64,000 nt of DNA from contig CAVXWP010000003.1 of assembly GCA_963765495.1 (NCBI GenBank), positions 262,671 through 326,670 on the forward strand, read 5' to 3'. Source of the stretch: Blastocatellia bacterium (lineage in GTDB: Bacteria > Acidobacteriota > Blastocatellia > UBA7656). The translations under genes and the position numbers were made by a program. The notes beneath the pieces were generated by a model. That model ran no database searches. It was not told the DNA's origin and worked only from the letters and a program-made list of their open reading frames with translations. Shown one piece after another: positions 8,808-19,569 of the stretch (the stretch's first letter is position 1; each line of letters begins with the position of its first letter).

Positions 8808-11800
8808 TTACGGCTTGCTGTTTCCGTTGTGATAATTCGGATAAGCGGGCCGCTTTGGCGTCTTCGGCGGATTCTTTTTGAGCGCCTCCATCACCACCTC
8901 GACAGCCTTTTCAAGCTGCGGGTCGTGCCCTTCGCGCCACGCCTTCGGGTCCATCTCCACTTCGATGTCGGGGTCTACGCCGTGATTTTCGATCTCCCAT
9001 TTGCCTTCCGGCGAATAGAAGGCGAAATGCGGCGCGGTCACTGAACCTCCGTCGATCAGTTGCGGATAGCCACCTATGCCGACAAGACCGCCCCATGTGC
9101 GTTTGCCGATGAGCGGGCCGATACCTGCGCGACGGAACATCCAGGGCATGTAATCGCCGCCCGAACCGGCGTACTGATTGACGAGCATCGCCTTCGGGCC
9201 GGGCATGGTGCCAAACGGCTGACGGAAATCATCGCCGTCGCGCACGGCCCAGTAACTCATCAAGGGCTTGCGCAGGTAATCAATGATGTAATCTGCCGCG
9301 TGGCCGCCTCCGTTGAATCGTTCGTCGATTACCGCGCCCTGTTTGTCGAGTTGCGAAAAGTAATAGCGATTGAAATTCGTATACCCGCCCTGCGCGGTGT
9401 TGGGCAGATGCACATAAGCGAGTTTCCCGCCGCTCATCTGATCCACCTTGCGGCGATTCGATTCGATCCACGCAAGGTAGCGAAGCCCGCCTTCGTTGTC
9501 GACCGGAACTACGGTCACCTCACGCGAGTTCGAGCCGTCCGCGTTCGGGCCTACGCGGATGACGACCTGTTTGTTTGCCGTCGCTTCAAAGAACTGATAG
9601 ACGTTTTCGGCCGAGGTGATGTCGCGTCCGTTTACGGCGAGCAGGTACTCGCCTTCCTGTACGTTTACGCCCGGCTGCGTGAGAGGTGCGCGCAATTCCG
9701 GGTTCCAGTTTTCGCCGTCATAAATATGGGCGAAGCGATAGCGCCCGTTCTCTATACGGAAATCCGCGCCGAGCAATCCGCCCTTTACTCGCTCAGGGTC
9801 GGGCACGTCGCCGCCGGAAACGTACAGGTGGCCGATGGTCAATTCGCCGAGCATCTCTTGAAACAGGTAATTCAAATCGGCGCGATGCGCGAGCGAATTC
9901 AAGTAAGGCTCGTACTTCTTCGATGTCGCTTGCAGGTCCAGACCGTGATAATGCGGATCGTAAAAGAAGTCGCGTTCGATGCGCCAGGTCTCGCGGTACA
10001 TCTGATCCCATTCGGCGCGCGGGTCAACATAGACTTCCATCTCGTCGGTGTTTATTTTGCCCTCGCCCGGCTTGAGCGGTTGCGAGGTCGCGGCTATGAA
10101 CCAGTTCGGCCCCTGACGAAATAACATCTTCTCGCCGTTTGCTGAAATATCGAAGCTGCTGATGCCTTCGACTACTTTATCAAGCTTGCGTTTTTCAAGA
10201 TCAAACTTGTGCAGCACCGCGCCGTTCACGCCCGGAGCGGGCGGAAGCAGTTCGGCCAGAAAAATCGTTCCGGGCTTGCCCGCAGTCAGCGCGACAAAGT
10301 TGCGCGCCGGTATCGGGAGCGCCAGTATCCGCTGGTTTATGCGATCAAAATCAATCACGACCTTTGGCGGTTCTTTTTTGTCGCCCGGCTTGGCCTGACC
10401 GGAAGCCGCATCTGCTTTCTTTTCACCCTCCTGATCGCTCTTTTCGCCCTCCTGGCTTTCGGCCTTTATGGTGTCGGAGGGTTTTTCTTCCGTCACTTTT
10501 TCTTCATCGCTTTCGGGCGCGATTGGCGAGGGCAAATCCTTTTTGAGCACGCAAACATAGACGCTGCGCGTCGGGTGATGCGGATAGCTGGTCATATCGA
10601 ACCCGAATACGGCGGGGCCGATGTCTGTGCTCGCGGTGAAGTAAATATATTTGCCGCTCTTGTCGAAGACGGGAGAGGTAGCATCGCTCAACCCGTCGGT
10701 CACCTGCTGGGTCTTACCGCTTTCGAGCGAGTAGATAAAGACGGCCCTGTACCAGCTCTGAACGGGTTTTGAGTAAACGATCCATCGGCTGTCGGGCGAC
10801 CAGTTCTGGCTGTAGGACGCGCCTCGCGGCGAGTTGTCTACCTTGACCGGGGTGCCCTTGTCGATGTCGATGTACCAGAGGTTGAGTCGCTTGTCTGTGT
10901 AAGCGATTTTCTTGCTGTCGGGCGACCACGTGGGGCCGTAGAAAAACGAAGGCGGGTTGCCGAGACTGAGCTTCTTGACTTCGCCCATGCCTGTCTGCGA
11001 GCGCAGATGCAGAGCGTATTCGCCCGATTCATCTGAAAAATAAGCGATCCATTTGCCGTCGGGCGACCACGCGGGGTCGCGTTCGGCCACGCCGGTCGTG
11101 TTTGTCAGATCGCGGGCATTACCCTTTTCGGCCGGGACGGTCAGAATCTCGCCCCGCGCTTCAAAGACTGCGCGCGCGCCCGTAGGAGAGATCGTCGCGT
11201 TTGTGATCTGCTTTGCCACCTTTTCGTGTTTCGGGCGCACCGACAGCATGTCGCCGTTGATCGTGATGTTGACCTTTCTGGTCTTGCCCGAATTCAGGTC
11301 GTATAAATTCACCGAGCCAAACTGCTCATAGACTATGGCGTCCGGCCCCGCCGATGCCGATTTGATGTCGAGGCCGTTGTTTTCGATAAGCTCGGTGACT
11401 TTCTTTGTCGCCGTGTCGTAGGCAAACAGCGTTATCTGATTGTCGCGGTCCGAGAGAAAGTAAACGCGGTTTCCTATCCACATGGGATTGAAGTCGTTCG
11501 AATCTTCGCGCGGCAGTTTCTCTACGCTCGAATCGGAGAGATTCGCAATCCATACGGGCGCAGCCATCCCCCCGCGATAGTGTTTCCACGCATTGAAGGC
11601 GCGGGGCAACGGCACATAAGCCAGATGGGTTCCATCTGCCGAGTACGAACCTTCATAAGCCATGGGCAGAGGCACGGCGGTCGGAAATACGCCGTCAATC
11701 GGCATGGTATAGAGTTGAGCCGTGCGGCCTGTTTCCGTGTCGCGGTTGGATGTGAAAAGCACCTGCTTGCCGTCGGGCGTCCATCCTCTCAGGGAATCAG

Positions 11801-12128
11801 TTGCCGGATGATATGTAAGCCGTCGCGGCACGCCTCCCGTGGCGGCGACTACGTAGACATCTACGTTGCCGTCGTATTCGCCCGTGAAGGCGATCCAGTT
11901 GCCGTCGGGCGAAAAGAGAGGATAGGTCTCGTTGCCGGTGCCCGCGGTCAGGCGCACAGCTTCCCCGCCTTCGCGGCTGACGATCCACAAATCGCCCGCG
12001 TAGGAGAAGGCTATCTGAGTCTTGCTCAGAGTAGGGTTGCGCATCAACAGCGGTTTGTTTGTCTGTCCAAAGCCGACACAGGCCAGGGCCAATAAGAGAG
12101 CCAGGGTCATTATCGTTTTTTTCATCAA
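8808..12128 (-). CDS. Tricorn protease (S41 family), copy 2
   Basis: Signal peptide, PD40 beta-propellers, PDZ, S41 motifs DERFNGGG, AGSGGD, GKRTWGG. Confidence 0.95.
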   Translation of the reverse strand: MMKKTIMTLALLLALACVGFGQTNKPLLMRNPTLSKTQIAFSYAGDLWIVSREGGEAVRLTAGTGNETYPLFSPDGNWIAFTGEYDGNVDVYVVAATGGVPRRLTYHPATDSLRGWTPDGKQVLFTSNRDTETGRTAQLYTMPIDGVFPTAVPLPMAYEGSYSADGTHLAYVPLPRAFNAWKHYRGGMAAPVWIANLSDSSVEKLPREDSNDFNPMWIGNRVYFLSDRDNQITLFAYDTATKKVTELIENNGLDIKSASAGPDAIVYEQFGSVNLYDLNSGKTRKVNITINGDMLSVRPKHEKVAKQITNATISPTGARAVFEARGEILTVPAEKGNARDLTNTTGVAERDPAWSPDGKWIAYFSDESGEYALHLRSQTGMGEVKKLSLGNPPSFFYGPTWSPDSKKIAYTDKRLNLWYIDIDKGTPVKVDNSPRGASYSQNWSPDSRWIVYSKPVQSWYRAVFIYSLESGKTQQVTDGLSDATSPVFDKSGKYIYFTASTDIGPAVFGFDMTSYPHHPTRSVYVCVLKKDLPSPIAPESDEEKVTEEKPSDTIKAESQEGEKSDQEGEKKADAASGQAKPGDKKEPPKVVIDFDRINQRILALPIPARNFVALTAGKPGTIFLAELLPPAPGVNGAVLHKFDLEKRKLDKVVEGISSFDISANGEKMLFRQGPNWFIAATSQPLKPGEGKINTDEMEVYVDPRAEWDQMYRETWRIERDFFYDPHYHGLDLQATSKKYEPYLNSLAHRADLNYLFQEMLGELTIGHLYVSGGDVPDPERVKGGLLGADFRIENGRYRFAHIYDGENWNPELRAPLTQPGVNVQEGEYLLAVNGRDITSAENVYQFFEATANKQVVIRVGPNADGSNSREVTVVPVDNEGGLRYLAWIESNRRKVDQMSGGKLAYVHLPNTAQGGYTNFNRYYFSQLDKQGAVIDERFNGGGHAADYIIDYLRKPLMSYWAVRDGDDFRQPFGTMPGPKAMLVNQYAGSGGDYMPWMFRRAGIGPLIGKRTWGGLVGIGGYPQLIDGGSVTAPHFAFYSPEGKWEIENHGVDPDIEVEMDPKAWREGHDPQLEKAVEVVMEALKKNPPKTPKRPAYPNYHNGNSKP

Positions 12129-12173
12129 TATTTCTCCTGCAAACAGACCGCCGGGCGATCTGCGAGTTCGGTT

Positions 12174-15100
12174 TTACTGATTAGCTCCGCGCCCCGTGTG
12201 ATAGTTCGGATAAGCGGGCCTCTTATGTTCAGGGCGGGGATTCTTCTTCAAATCCTCCAACAACACTTCGACAGCCTTTTCAAGCTGCGGATCACGGCCC
12301 GAACGCCACGCCGCCGGATCATATTCGACTTCGATGTCGGGCGCAACGCCGTGATTTTCGACTTCCCAGTCGCCGTTCAATCCATAGATGGCCGCGTCCG
12401 GCGCAGTCACAATGCCGCCGTCCATCAACTGAGGCATGGGAAAGGCCGCGACCAGTCCGCCCCACGTCCGCTTGCCGATGAGCTGGCCTATCTGCATCTT
12501 GCGGAAGTACCACGGCAGGGCATCGCCACCCGACCCGGCAAGCTCGTTTACAAGCATCGCCTTCGGGCCGTATATCGCGCCGAGCGGGGTGGGTATGTCT
12601 CTGCCGTCGCGGAAGGCGATAAAGTTCAAAAGCGGGCGGCTCAGATATTCGACTATATAATCGGCCAGCGCCCCGCCCGAATTGAATCGCTCGTCAATGA
12701 CCGCGCCTTCCTTTTGAGACTGCGCGAAGAAATAGCGATTGAAGCTGTCATAACCGCTGCCCCCTGTATTTGGCACATAAACGTATGCCAGCCGTCCGCC
12801 GCTCATCTGATCCACCTTGCGGCGATTCGACTCGACCCAGTCGAGGTTGCGAAGCGCCGTCTCGCTTGCCATCGGCACGACGGTCACCTCACGCGAGTTC
12901 GAGCCGTCCGCGTTTGGGCCTACGCGGATGACGGTCTGCTTGTTTGCCTTCGCTTCAAAGAAAGCGTAGACATTATCGGTCGAGCGCACGTCGCGCCCGT
13001 TTACCGCAAGCAGGTATTCGCCCGCTTTTACGGTTACGCCGGGCTGCGTGAGCGGGGCGCGAAGCTGGGGATTCCAGCTTTCGCCGTTGTAAATCTTCGC
13101 GAAGCGATAGCGCCCGTTCTCTATGGTGTAATCGCAGCCGAGCAATCCGCCGGGTACGAAATCCGGGTGCGGCTCATCGCCTCCTATGATAAACATGTGA
13201 CCGATGGTCAACTGATTCAGCATCTCGCGGAAGAGATAACTGAGGTCGCTGCGATGAGCCACGCCTGCCAGATAGGGCTCGTATTGCTTCTTAAACGCTT
13301 CGAGGTTCAACCCGTGCAGACCCGGATCATAAAAGAAATCGCGCTCGCCGCGCCATACTTCGTTGTACATCTGACGCCATTCGGCCTGCGGGTCAACATA
13401 GACTTCCATCTCTGCGACCTTCAGCATGCCCTCGCCCGGTTTCGGGGGTTGCCCGGTCGGTGCGATCATCCAGTTCGGCCCCATACCGACCAGCATCTTC
13501 TCGCCGTTGTGCGAGATGTCGAACGCGCTGATTTTATCGAATACCTTTTCAAGCTTTCGTTTTTCGAGATCGAATTTATAAAGCGTGAAACCGGGCGGGC
13601 CGGGAGGAGCCGTGGGCAGAACCGGGGCCGGTTCCAACAGAAATATCGTGCCCGCTTTTCCAGCGACAAGCCCTGTAAAGTTGCGCGCCGGAACGGGCAG
13701 AGCCACTATGCGCTGGCTGATGCCTTCAAGATCAATGCGCACTGGGTCGGGCTCTTTCGCGCCCGCTTCTTTCGCGCCCGCCTTACCGGCTGCCGGATTT
13801 GAAGGCGCGGCATCAAGCTTCTTCTCTCCCGCGCCTTTCTCTTCCTGAATCTTCTCTTCATCGCTTTCGGGCGCGACAGGCGAAGCCAGATCATCGGGCA
13901 GCACTATCGCGTAAACGCTGCGTGTTGATTGATGCGGGAAGGTGGACATCTCGGCAAAGCTGAAGGCCGGGCCGAGATTTGTGCTCGCGGTGAAATAGAT
14001 ATATTTGCCGCTCTTATCGAAGGCTGCGAATCGCGCATCGCTCATCCCGTCGGTCAGTTGATGAAACTTGCCCGTTTCAAGCGAATAGACAAAGACCGCC
14101 CGCAGATGATTATCGACCTGCCTTGTGTATCCTATCCACCGGCTGTCGGGCGACCAGAACGGCTGCATCACGCCGTTATTCAAGCCGTCGGGATTCTTGT
14201 CAATTTTTACGGGTGCGCCTTTTTCAAGCTCGATGTACCAGAGGTTCAGCTTCTTATCGAAATACGCGATCTTTTTACTATCGGGCGACCACGTAGGCGA
14301 GAAATAAAATGAAGGGGTTCCGAGGTTGATCTTTCGGACATCGCCCATTCCCGATTGATCGCGCAGGTGCAGAGCGTATTCGCCCGACTCGTCTGAAAAA
14401 TAGGCGATCCATTTTCCATCAGGCGACCAGGCCGGGTCGCGCTCCATCACGCCCGTGGTTTTTGTCAGGTTGCGGGGGTCGCCTTTCTCGGCAGGCACGC
14501 TAATGATTTCGCCCCGCGCCTCAAATACGGCCCGCGCACCCGTAGGCGAAAGACCCGCGTTCCTTATCTGCGAGCCGACCTTTTCATAATGCGGGCGCAG
14601 CGCAACCAGATCGCCAGCCACGCGAATCTCCATCTTTTGCGACTTGTTTGTCTTAAGATCGAAGAGGTAAATCGCTCCAAACTGTTCGTAGACGATAACG
14701 CCCGGTCCCGCCGATGCCGATTTGATGTCGAGCCCGCTGTTTTGAATCAGTTGAGTCACTTTCCTGTTCGACAGGTCATAGCAATACAGACTGACAGGAC
14801 CGTCGCGGTCCGAGAGAAAATATATACGGTCTTCGATCCACATCGGGTGGGAATCGTTCGAGTTTTCGCGCGGGAGCTTTTCTATGCTCGAATCCTTGAG
14901 GCTGGCTATCCATATCGGAGATGTCTGTCCGCCGCGATAACGCTTCCAATCCGGTTGCCATTGCGACAACGGCTGATAAGCTATGCGCGCCCCGTCGGGC
15001 GAATAGACTCCTTCTTGCGCCATCGGCAGGGGCAGTTCTTCGGGGAATCCGCCATCCACAGAGACCGTAAAGAGGCGATTGTAAAAGGAGGTGCTCTTGC

Positions 15101-15482
15101 GCGTCGAACGAAATAGTACGCGCTTGCCGTCGGGCGTCCATCCGACCGCCTCATCAGCCCCCGGATGATATGTAAGACGTCGCGGCACGCCACCCACGGC
15201 GGCGACCACGTAAACATCTACGTTGCCGTCGTACTGGCCCGTGAAGGCGATCCATTTACCATCGGGGGAAAAGCTGGGATCGGTTTCGATGCCTACGCCT
15301 GTGGTCAATTGCGTTGCATCGCGACCGTCACGACTGACTATCCACAAATCACCGGCATACGAAAAGACTATGTGAGTCCGACTCACCGCCGGCTCTTGCA
15401 GCAGCAGGGGTCTGTCGCCTTGCGCAAGCGCACTCGTGCTTGCCAAAAACAACAGCGAGAACAAAAAGAAGACTCGCCTCAT
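12174..15482 (-). CDS. Tricorn protease (S41 family), copy 1
   Basis: Same architecture; DERFNSGG, AGSGGD, GKRTWGG. Confidence 0.95.
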   Translation of the reverse strand: MRRVFFLFSLLFLASTSALAQGDRPLLLQEPAVSRTHIVFSYAGDLWIVSRDGRDATQLTTGVGIETDPSFSPDGKWIAFTGQYDGNVDVYVVAAVGGVPRRLTYHPGADEAVGWTPDGKRVLFRSTRKSTSFYNRLFTVSVDGGFPEELPLPMAQEGVYSPDGARIAYQPLSQWQPDWKRYRGGQTSPIWIASLKDSSIEKLPRENSNDSHPMWIEDRIYFLSDRDGPVSLYCYDLSNRKVTQLIQNSGLDIKSASAGPGVIVYEQFGAIYLFDLKTNKSQKMEIRVAGDLVALRPHYEKVGSQIRNAGLSPTGARAVFEARGEIISVPAEKGDPRNLTKTTGVMERDPAWSPDGKWIAYFSDESGEYALHLRDQSGMGDVRKINLGTPSFYFSPTWSPDSKKIAYFDKKLNLWYIELEKGAPVKIDKNPDGLNNGVMQPFWSPDSRWIGYTRQVDNHLRAVFVYSLETGKFHQLTDGMSDARFAAFDKSGKYIYFTASTNLGPAFSFAEMSTFPHQSTRSVYAIVLPDDLASPVAPESDEEKIQEEKGAGEKKLDAAPSNPAAGKAGAKEAGAKEPDPVRIDLEGISQRIVALPVPARNFTGLVAGKAGTIFLLEPAPVLPTAPPGPPGFTLYKFDLEKRKLEKVFDKISAFDISHNGEKMLVGMGPNWMIAPTGQPPKPGEGMLKVAEMEVYVDPQAEWRQMYNEVWRGERDFFYDPGLHGLNLEAFKKQYEPYLAGVAHRSDLSYLFREMLNQLTIGHMFIIGGDEPHPDFVPGGLLGCDYTIENGRYRFAKIYNGESWNPQLRAPLTQPGVTVKAGEYLLAVNGRDVRSTDNVYAFFEAKANKQTVIRVGPNADGSNSREVTVVPMASETALRNLDWVESNRRKVDQMSGGRLAYVYVPNTGGSGYDSFNRYFFAQSQKEGAVIDERFNSGGALADYIVEYLSRPLLNFIAFRDGRDIPTPLGAIYGPKAMLVNELAGSGGDALPWYFRKMQIGQLIGKRTWGGLVAAFPMPQLMDGGIVTAPDAAIYGLNGDWEVENHGVAPDIEVEYDPAAWRSGRDPQLEKAVEVLLEDLKKNPRPEHKRPAYPNYHTGRGANQ

Positions 15483-15575
15483 TACGATAAGCTCCTTTTC
15501 AAGGCTTTATGTAAATCACGGAAGACCTGTAAGGATATTCAACGTACAGGCTTTTGAGCAAGTTCAATCGGAAGA

Positions 15576-15740
15576 AGGGGACCGAGGGCCGAGGGCCGGG
15601 GGTCGGTGATTAGGTACCCAGTTAATCAAGTTGATTGATCTTGTGCCGACTCGTATTTGAAATCTCAAATCTCAGATTTCAGATTAACAGAAGATATCAA
15701 TGCTCGATCACCGGCCCCCGGCCCCTGGCCCCTGGCCCCC
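15576..15740. repeat. Nested intergenic palindromic element made of 7-bp tandem repeats
   Basis: ggggaccgagggccgagggccgggggtcggtgat ... atcaccggcccccggcccctggcccctggcccc, with internal atttgaaatctcaaatctcagatttcagat. Confidence 0.65.
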
Positions 15741-15909
15741 ATGTTGTAAATAGACTTTCCATTGCCGGTACTTTATTTCCATTTTTCTTGGGAAATTTGT
15801 AGCCATATAATTTTCACGTTTCCCATGTCGGGTGAGAATATCGCGGAAATTTCCTCAGAAAGCCATTTATTAACTCGTTGCTTAATAGAAAGATTTCGGG
15901 ATAGGGTAA

Positions 15910-15925
15910 TGGCATACGGCGTGCA
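15910..15925 (+). promoter_or_regulatory. Candidate sigma-54 (-24/-12) promoter
   Basis: TGGCATACGGCGTGCA has GG-N10-GC spacing, in an AT-rich region about 240 bp upstream of the 16157 ORF. Confidence 0.45.
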
Positions 15926-16156
15926 GTAATAACCAAACTACGTTGTATTGATACTTCTTTAATTAATGCTATAGAGGCCGACCGGGTGTGAGTGCTATCT
16001 AAATTAAGTTCCGGTCAGAGCTTCTAAATCGAGGGCTGTCGAGCAAGAGGTCAGAGGGTAACACGGTATCTCAGTACAAATCGCCTGGGATTTCGAGGAC
16101 AGGACAGGCTCGTTGAACAAATCAGAGGAGGCCGGGAGTGCCCCGCCCCGGCAGAG

Positions 16157-18370
16157 GTGAGATTAATGAAAAAATTTGGCGTCCCCGTGCGCGTTTTCGC
16201 GCTCGTGTTGCTGCTTGCGCTCGTAATGTTTTTGTCCTTCTTTCCCTCGCGCTCTAAATCGGTTGCTATCGCCCAGAGTGTTACACCGACGGGCGTGGTC
16301 ACAGAGCTTGCGATTGATGACGGCGAATCGCTTTGCGTCGCCGGTCCCTCTCTTAAAGGCATACCGGGTTTCGGCTGGGTCAACAAGCTGACCCCTACAA
16401 CTTATCCTGCTACGTTGCGGGCCATCACGATAGGTTTCAACCGCCAGCAATCAGGGGCCGACACCGATGAGCTTTATCGCATAGTCGCCTACAGAGACCC
16501 TGAAAGCGATGGTCCGTCCCCCGGTCAGGAACCGGATATCTCTTTTATCGCCCGCGCTCACGGGATGGAGATTTTTACTACTTTTACCCTGCTTACACCG
16601 CTCAAGATTGATAGCGGCAGCTTTGTCGTAGGCGCGATTGACGTGTTTGGAGAGGCTGATTTCCCCGCCTTTTTCGATATTCCCGGCAAATCCAATCCGC
16701 CGGGCAGCGATTCGTTTCTCACTTTTTCTCAGGGACATGATTGGACGCCCCTCTCCGAAGCATTTGCCGGTAACGACCCCGACACCTGCCACGCGCCCGG
16801 TAGCTGGCTGATACGCGCTACCGTTGAAACGGACCCGGTTGATTCCGTAGGCGAGCAGGCGGTAATAAAAGACCCGCTTGCCAAAGAGCCGTGGGCGGCA
16901 GCCGTCACCAACTTCAACGTCATAGAAGGGGCCGACACGGGGCCACGGACTGATGTTGTTGTTACCAATTACGTTTCCGACAACCTGACGATCATAAATA
17001 CGTCCGACAATTCATTCGAGAATCTTTCTGTAGGTGACGGGCCGGGGGGCACGCCTGACGGACCCTTCGGAGTCGTGAGCAGTAGCGCAGGCAATAAGGT
17101 CTATGTTACGTTGTTCGGGTCCAATACCATCCCCTCAAAAGAATTCCCGCCCGATTTTTCTTCCCTCGAACCGGGTCGCGTGCTTGTGCTTTTCAGAGAC
17201 GCGGACGGCGGATTCAGGCGTTCGGTTGTTTCATTTGTGGGCGACGGGCCGGGATTTCCTGCGCTCTCGTTAAATGATTTGAAGCTCTATGTCCCGTGCG
17301 CCGGGGCGGATACGGTTGATGTGATAGACACGGTGACCAATGTCAGAATCAACTCGATTACGGTCGGGCACAACCCTACAAGCTGCACGCTTTCAATCGA
17401 CGGATCAAAACTCTATGTAACGAATTTCGGCGACGGGACTGTCACTGTCATCAACACCGCGACCGAGCAGAAGATAAAGGATATACCCGCGCCCGCCGTG
17501 GCCTTGCCGCAGGTCGAATCGCCGCCTTCGGGCGCAAACCCGTGGCAGGGGGCTATCTCAGGGTCGAACGGAAATCTTTACGTGACCTATTGGGGCACGA
17601 CCGGCGACCAGACACCAAACGGCGCGATTGCTGAAATAGACACCTGCACAGATCAACTCAAACGCGTTATCGTCGAATCGGCGGCTACGGGTACGCCTGC
17701 CGGAAGCCCGGGAGCTACCGGCATCTCTGCGCCTACCGCGCCGCTCACACGTGATGCGGACACGGGCGCAACTTTAGAGGCAGGCGGGGGCGGGGGCGGC
17801 CCTTTCGGCATAGTGAATTGCCGGACGAGCAAACTGGACCTTAATCCGAATCTGTTTTTCACAAATGACGCATCAGGCTCTATCGGCTTGATCGATACGC
17901 GCACCGATCAGGCAATAACCGTTCTGACCTCGGAAATCAGCATGTGCCCGAAGCCCCGCTCGCTCGCCTGTAGAAAATCGGGCAGCGACAGTCTGCTATA
18001 TATGCCGTGCGGCCAGCCGGAAAATTCCGTGCTCGTGGTCCGTGTCCCCGACATCAGTTCGTTTGTCGAGGTGCCGGGTCATCCCGTAATCGAATCGGTC
18101 AAGATAAAGAGCAATAAGCTGAAGATCAAAGGCATGAACTTTGTCAATAAGGCAAAGGTCGAAATCTTCTTGCCCGGCATCTGTCTGGCATTCACCAAAG
18201 AGGCCAAAGTCAAAAACGGCGGGACGATAATCGTTCAGAAAGGGCCTGTCGGCGACGGTCGGACCGTCAAGGCCGCGCTTACCGGCGTCCCGACCCTGGT
18301 TATACGAGTGACCAATCCGAACGGCGAGACCCAGATTTACACCCAGGTGTTGTTTAATACATTTCCCTAG
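16157..18370 (+). CDS. Secreted YncE/YVTN-type beta-propeller protein with extra N- and C-terminal domains
   Basis: Signal-like N-terminus; DGSKLYVTNFGDGTVTVINT and related repeats; ATG at 16166 is an alternative start. Confidence 0.75.
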   Translation: MRLMKKFGVPVRVFALVLLLALVMFLSFFPSRSKSVAIAQSVTPTGVVTELAIDDGESLCVAGPSLKGIPGFGWVNKLTPTTYPATLRAITIGFNRQQSGADTDELYRIVAYRDPESDGPSPGQEPDISFIARAHGMEIFTTFTLLTPLKIDSGSFVVGAIDVFGEADFPAFFDIPGKSNPPGSDSFLTFSQGHDWTPLSEAFAGNDPDTCHAPGSWLIRATVETDPVDSVGEQAVIKDPLAKEPWAAAVTNFNVIEGADTGPRTDVVVTNYVSDNLTIINTSDNSFENLSVGDGPGGTPDGPFGVVSSSAGNKVYVTLFGSNTIPSKEFPPDFSSLEPGRVLVLFRDADGGFRRSVVSFVGDGPGFPALSLNDLKLYVPCAGADTVDVIDTVTNVRINSITVGHNPTSCTLSIDGSKLYVTNFGDGTVTVINTATEQKIKDIPAPAVALPQVESPPSGANPWQGAISGSNGNLYVTYWGTTGDQTPNGAIAEIDTCTDQLKRVIVESAATGTPAGSPGATGISAPTAPLTRDADTGATLEAGGGGGGPFGIVNCRTSKLDLNPNLFFTNDASGSIGLIDTRTDQAITVLTSEISMCPKPRSLACRKSGSDSLLYMPCGQPENSVLVVRVPDISSFVEVPGHPVIESVKIKSNKLKIKGMNFVNKAKVEIFLPGICLAFTKEAKVKNGGTIIVQKGPVGDGRTVKAALTGVPTLVIRVTNPNGETQIYTQVLFNTFP

Positions 18371-18480
18371 TCTTTCAACCCCCGCAAACGCGGGGGCTGA
18401 GTTGATTTGTTCGCCCTGACCCTTGCCCCAATAATAAAAAAAAGGCCCATTGATTCTGTTGACAATTCGGCAGAATCAAT

Positions 18481-18525
18481 GGGTCAATGTATTGGGGGTC
18501 AATGTATTGGGGGTCAATGTATTGG
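18481..18525. repeat. 15-bp tandem repeat x3 (GGGTCAATGTATTGG)
   Basis: Three exact copies ending at the probable GTG start of the pseudouridine synthase. Confidence 0.85.
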
Positions 18526-19496
18526 TGAGTCAAAGTTTTTATTTCACGATCGGCGAAGAGAACGCGGGACTGAGGCTTGATGAATTCCTCTGGTCGCGTT
18601 TTGGCGGGCTCAGTCGCATGCGAATCGCCGGACTGATAACCGGGAACGCCTGCCGGGTCAATGACGGCGAGACGCAGGCCGGTTATCGCGTGGCGATTGG
18701 CGACCGGGTAGAGTTTACTCTTGATGAAGAGTTGCCAACCGCTATGAATCCCGAATCTCTCCCACTTGAAATCGTCTATGAAGACAGCTTTGTGGTCGTA
18801 GTCATCAAGCCTTCCGGCATGGTAGTCCATCCGACAAAGACTGTCAGGCGGGGAACGCTTGCCAACGCGCTGGCCTACTATCTGAACAGAGATTTTTATG
18901 ACTCCAAAGAGGGGCATACGGAGATGAGTCCTCCGGCTCACGGCGAGACGCATTCGCTTGTGAGGCCGGGCATAATTCACAGGCTCGACCGCGCAACATC
19001 GGGGCTTATGGTAGTGGCTAAAACGAATCGGGCTTTGAGCATTCTGTCACGCCATTTTCATAAGCGACTGGTAGAGAAAAGATACCTCGGCCTGATCCGG
19101 GGAAATTTCCCCGAAGAGCAGGGCAATATCTGCGCGCCCATCGGACGCGACCCCGACAGGCGGCCTCAATGGTGGGTGACGGAAAGCGGAAAACCGGCCG
19201 AAACCCGCTACCGTGTTCTGGAACGTTTTGAGCGGGCGGCGCTTGTCGAAATGGAACCCGTCACAGGCCGCACAAATCAGTTGCGAATACATTGCGCTTA
19301 CATGGGCCATCCGATATTCGGGGAAGATTTGTATGCGAACGGGTGGGAAGATGAGTCGCTTTCCCCTCCTGCGCGATTGTGTCTACACGCCTCGCGGCTG
19401 GCTTTTCATCATCCGGCGTCGGGCGAGTGGCTGGAGTTCGATTCAATGTTGCCCGATGCTATCGCAGCCTTTATTGATGAGATACGCATCACGTGA
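18525..19496 (+). CDS. rluD: RluA/RluD-family 23S rRNA pseudouridine synthase
   Basis: S4 domain (RLDEFL..SR), KPSGMVVHP, HRLDRATSG, TGRTNQLRIH. Confidence 0.88.
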   Translation: MSQSFYFTIGEENAGLRLDEFLWSRFGGLSRMRIAGLITGNACRVNDGETQAGYRVAIGDRVEFTLDEELPTAMNPESLPLEIVYEDSFVVVVIKPSGMVVHPTKTVRRGTLANALAYYLNRDFYDSKEGHTEMSPPAHGETHSLVRPGIIHRLDRATSGLMVVAKTNRALSILSRHFHKRLVEKRYLGLIRGNFPEEQGNICAPIGRDPDRRPQWWVTESGKPAETRYRVLERFERAALVEMEPVTGRTNQLRIHCAYMGHPIFGEDLYANGWEDESLSPPARLCLHASRLAFHHPASGEWLEFDSMLPDAIAAFIDEIRIT

Positions 19497-19569
19497 TGCG
19501 TGATGCGTGACTGTTGGGTAGATGGCTGTTAACAAGAAAGTGCTTACCTCATAAATCACGGATCACGGA

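Noticed and set aside
9060-13802. Long + strand ORFs (354 and 534 aa) opposite the tricorn genes, and similar ones at 20587-21828 and 28328-29248
   Set aside because: Antisense shadows of GC-rich coding sequence
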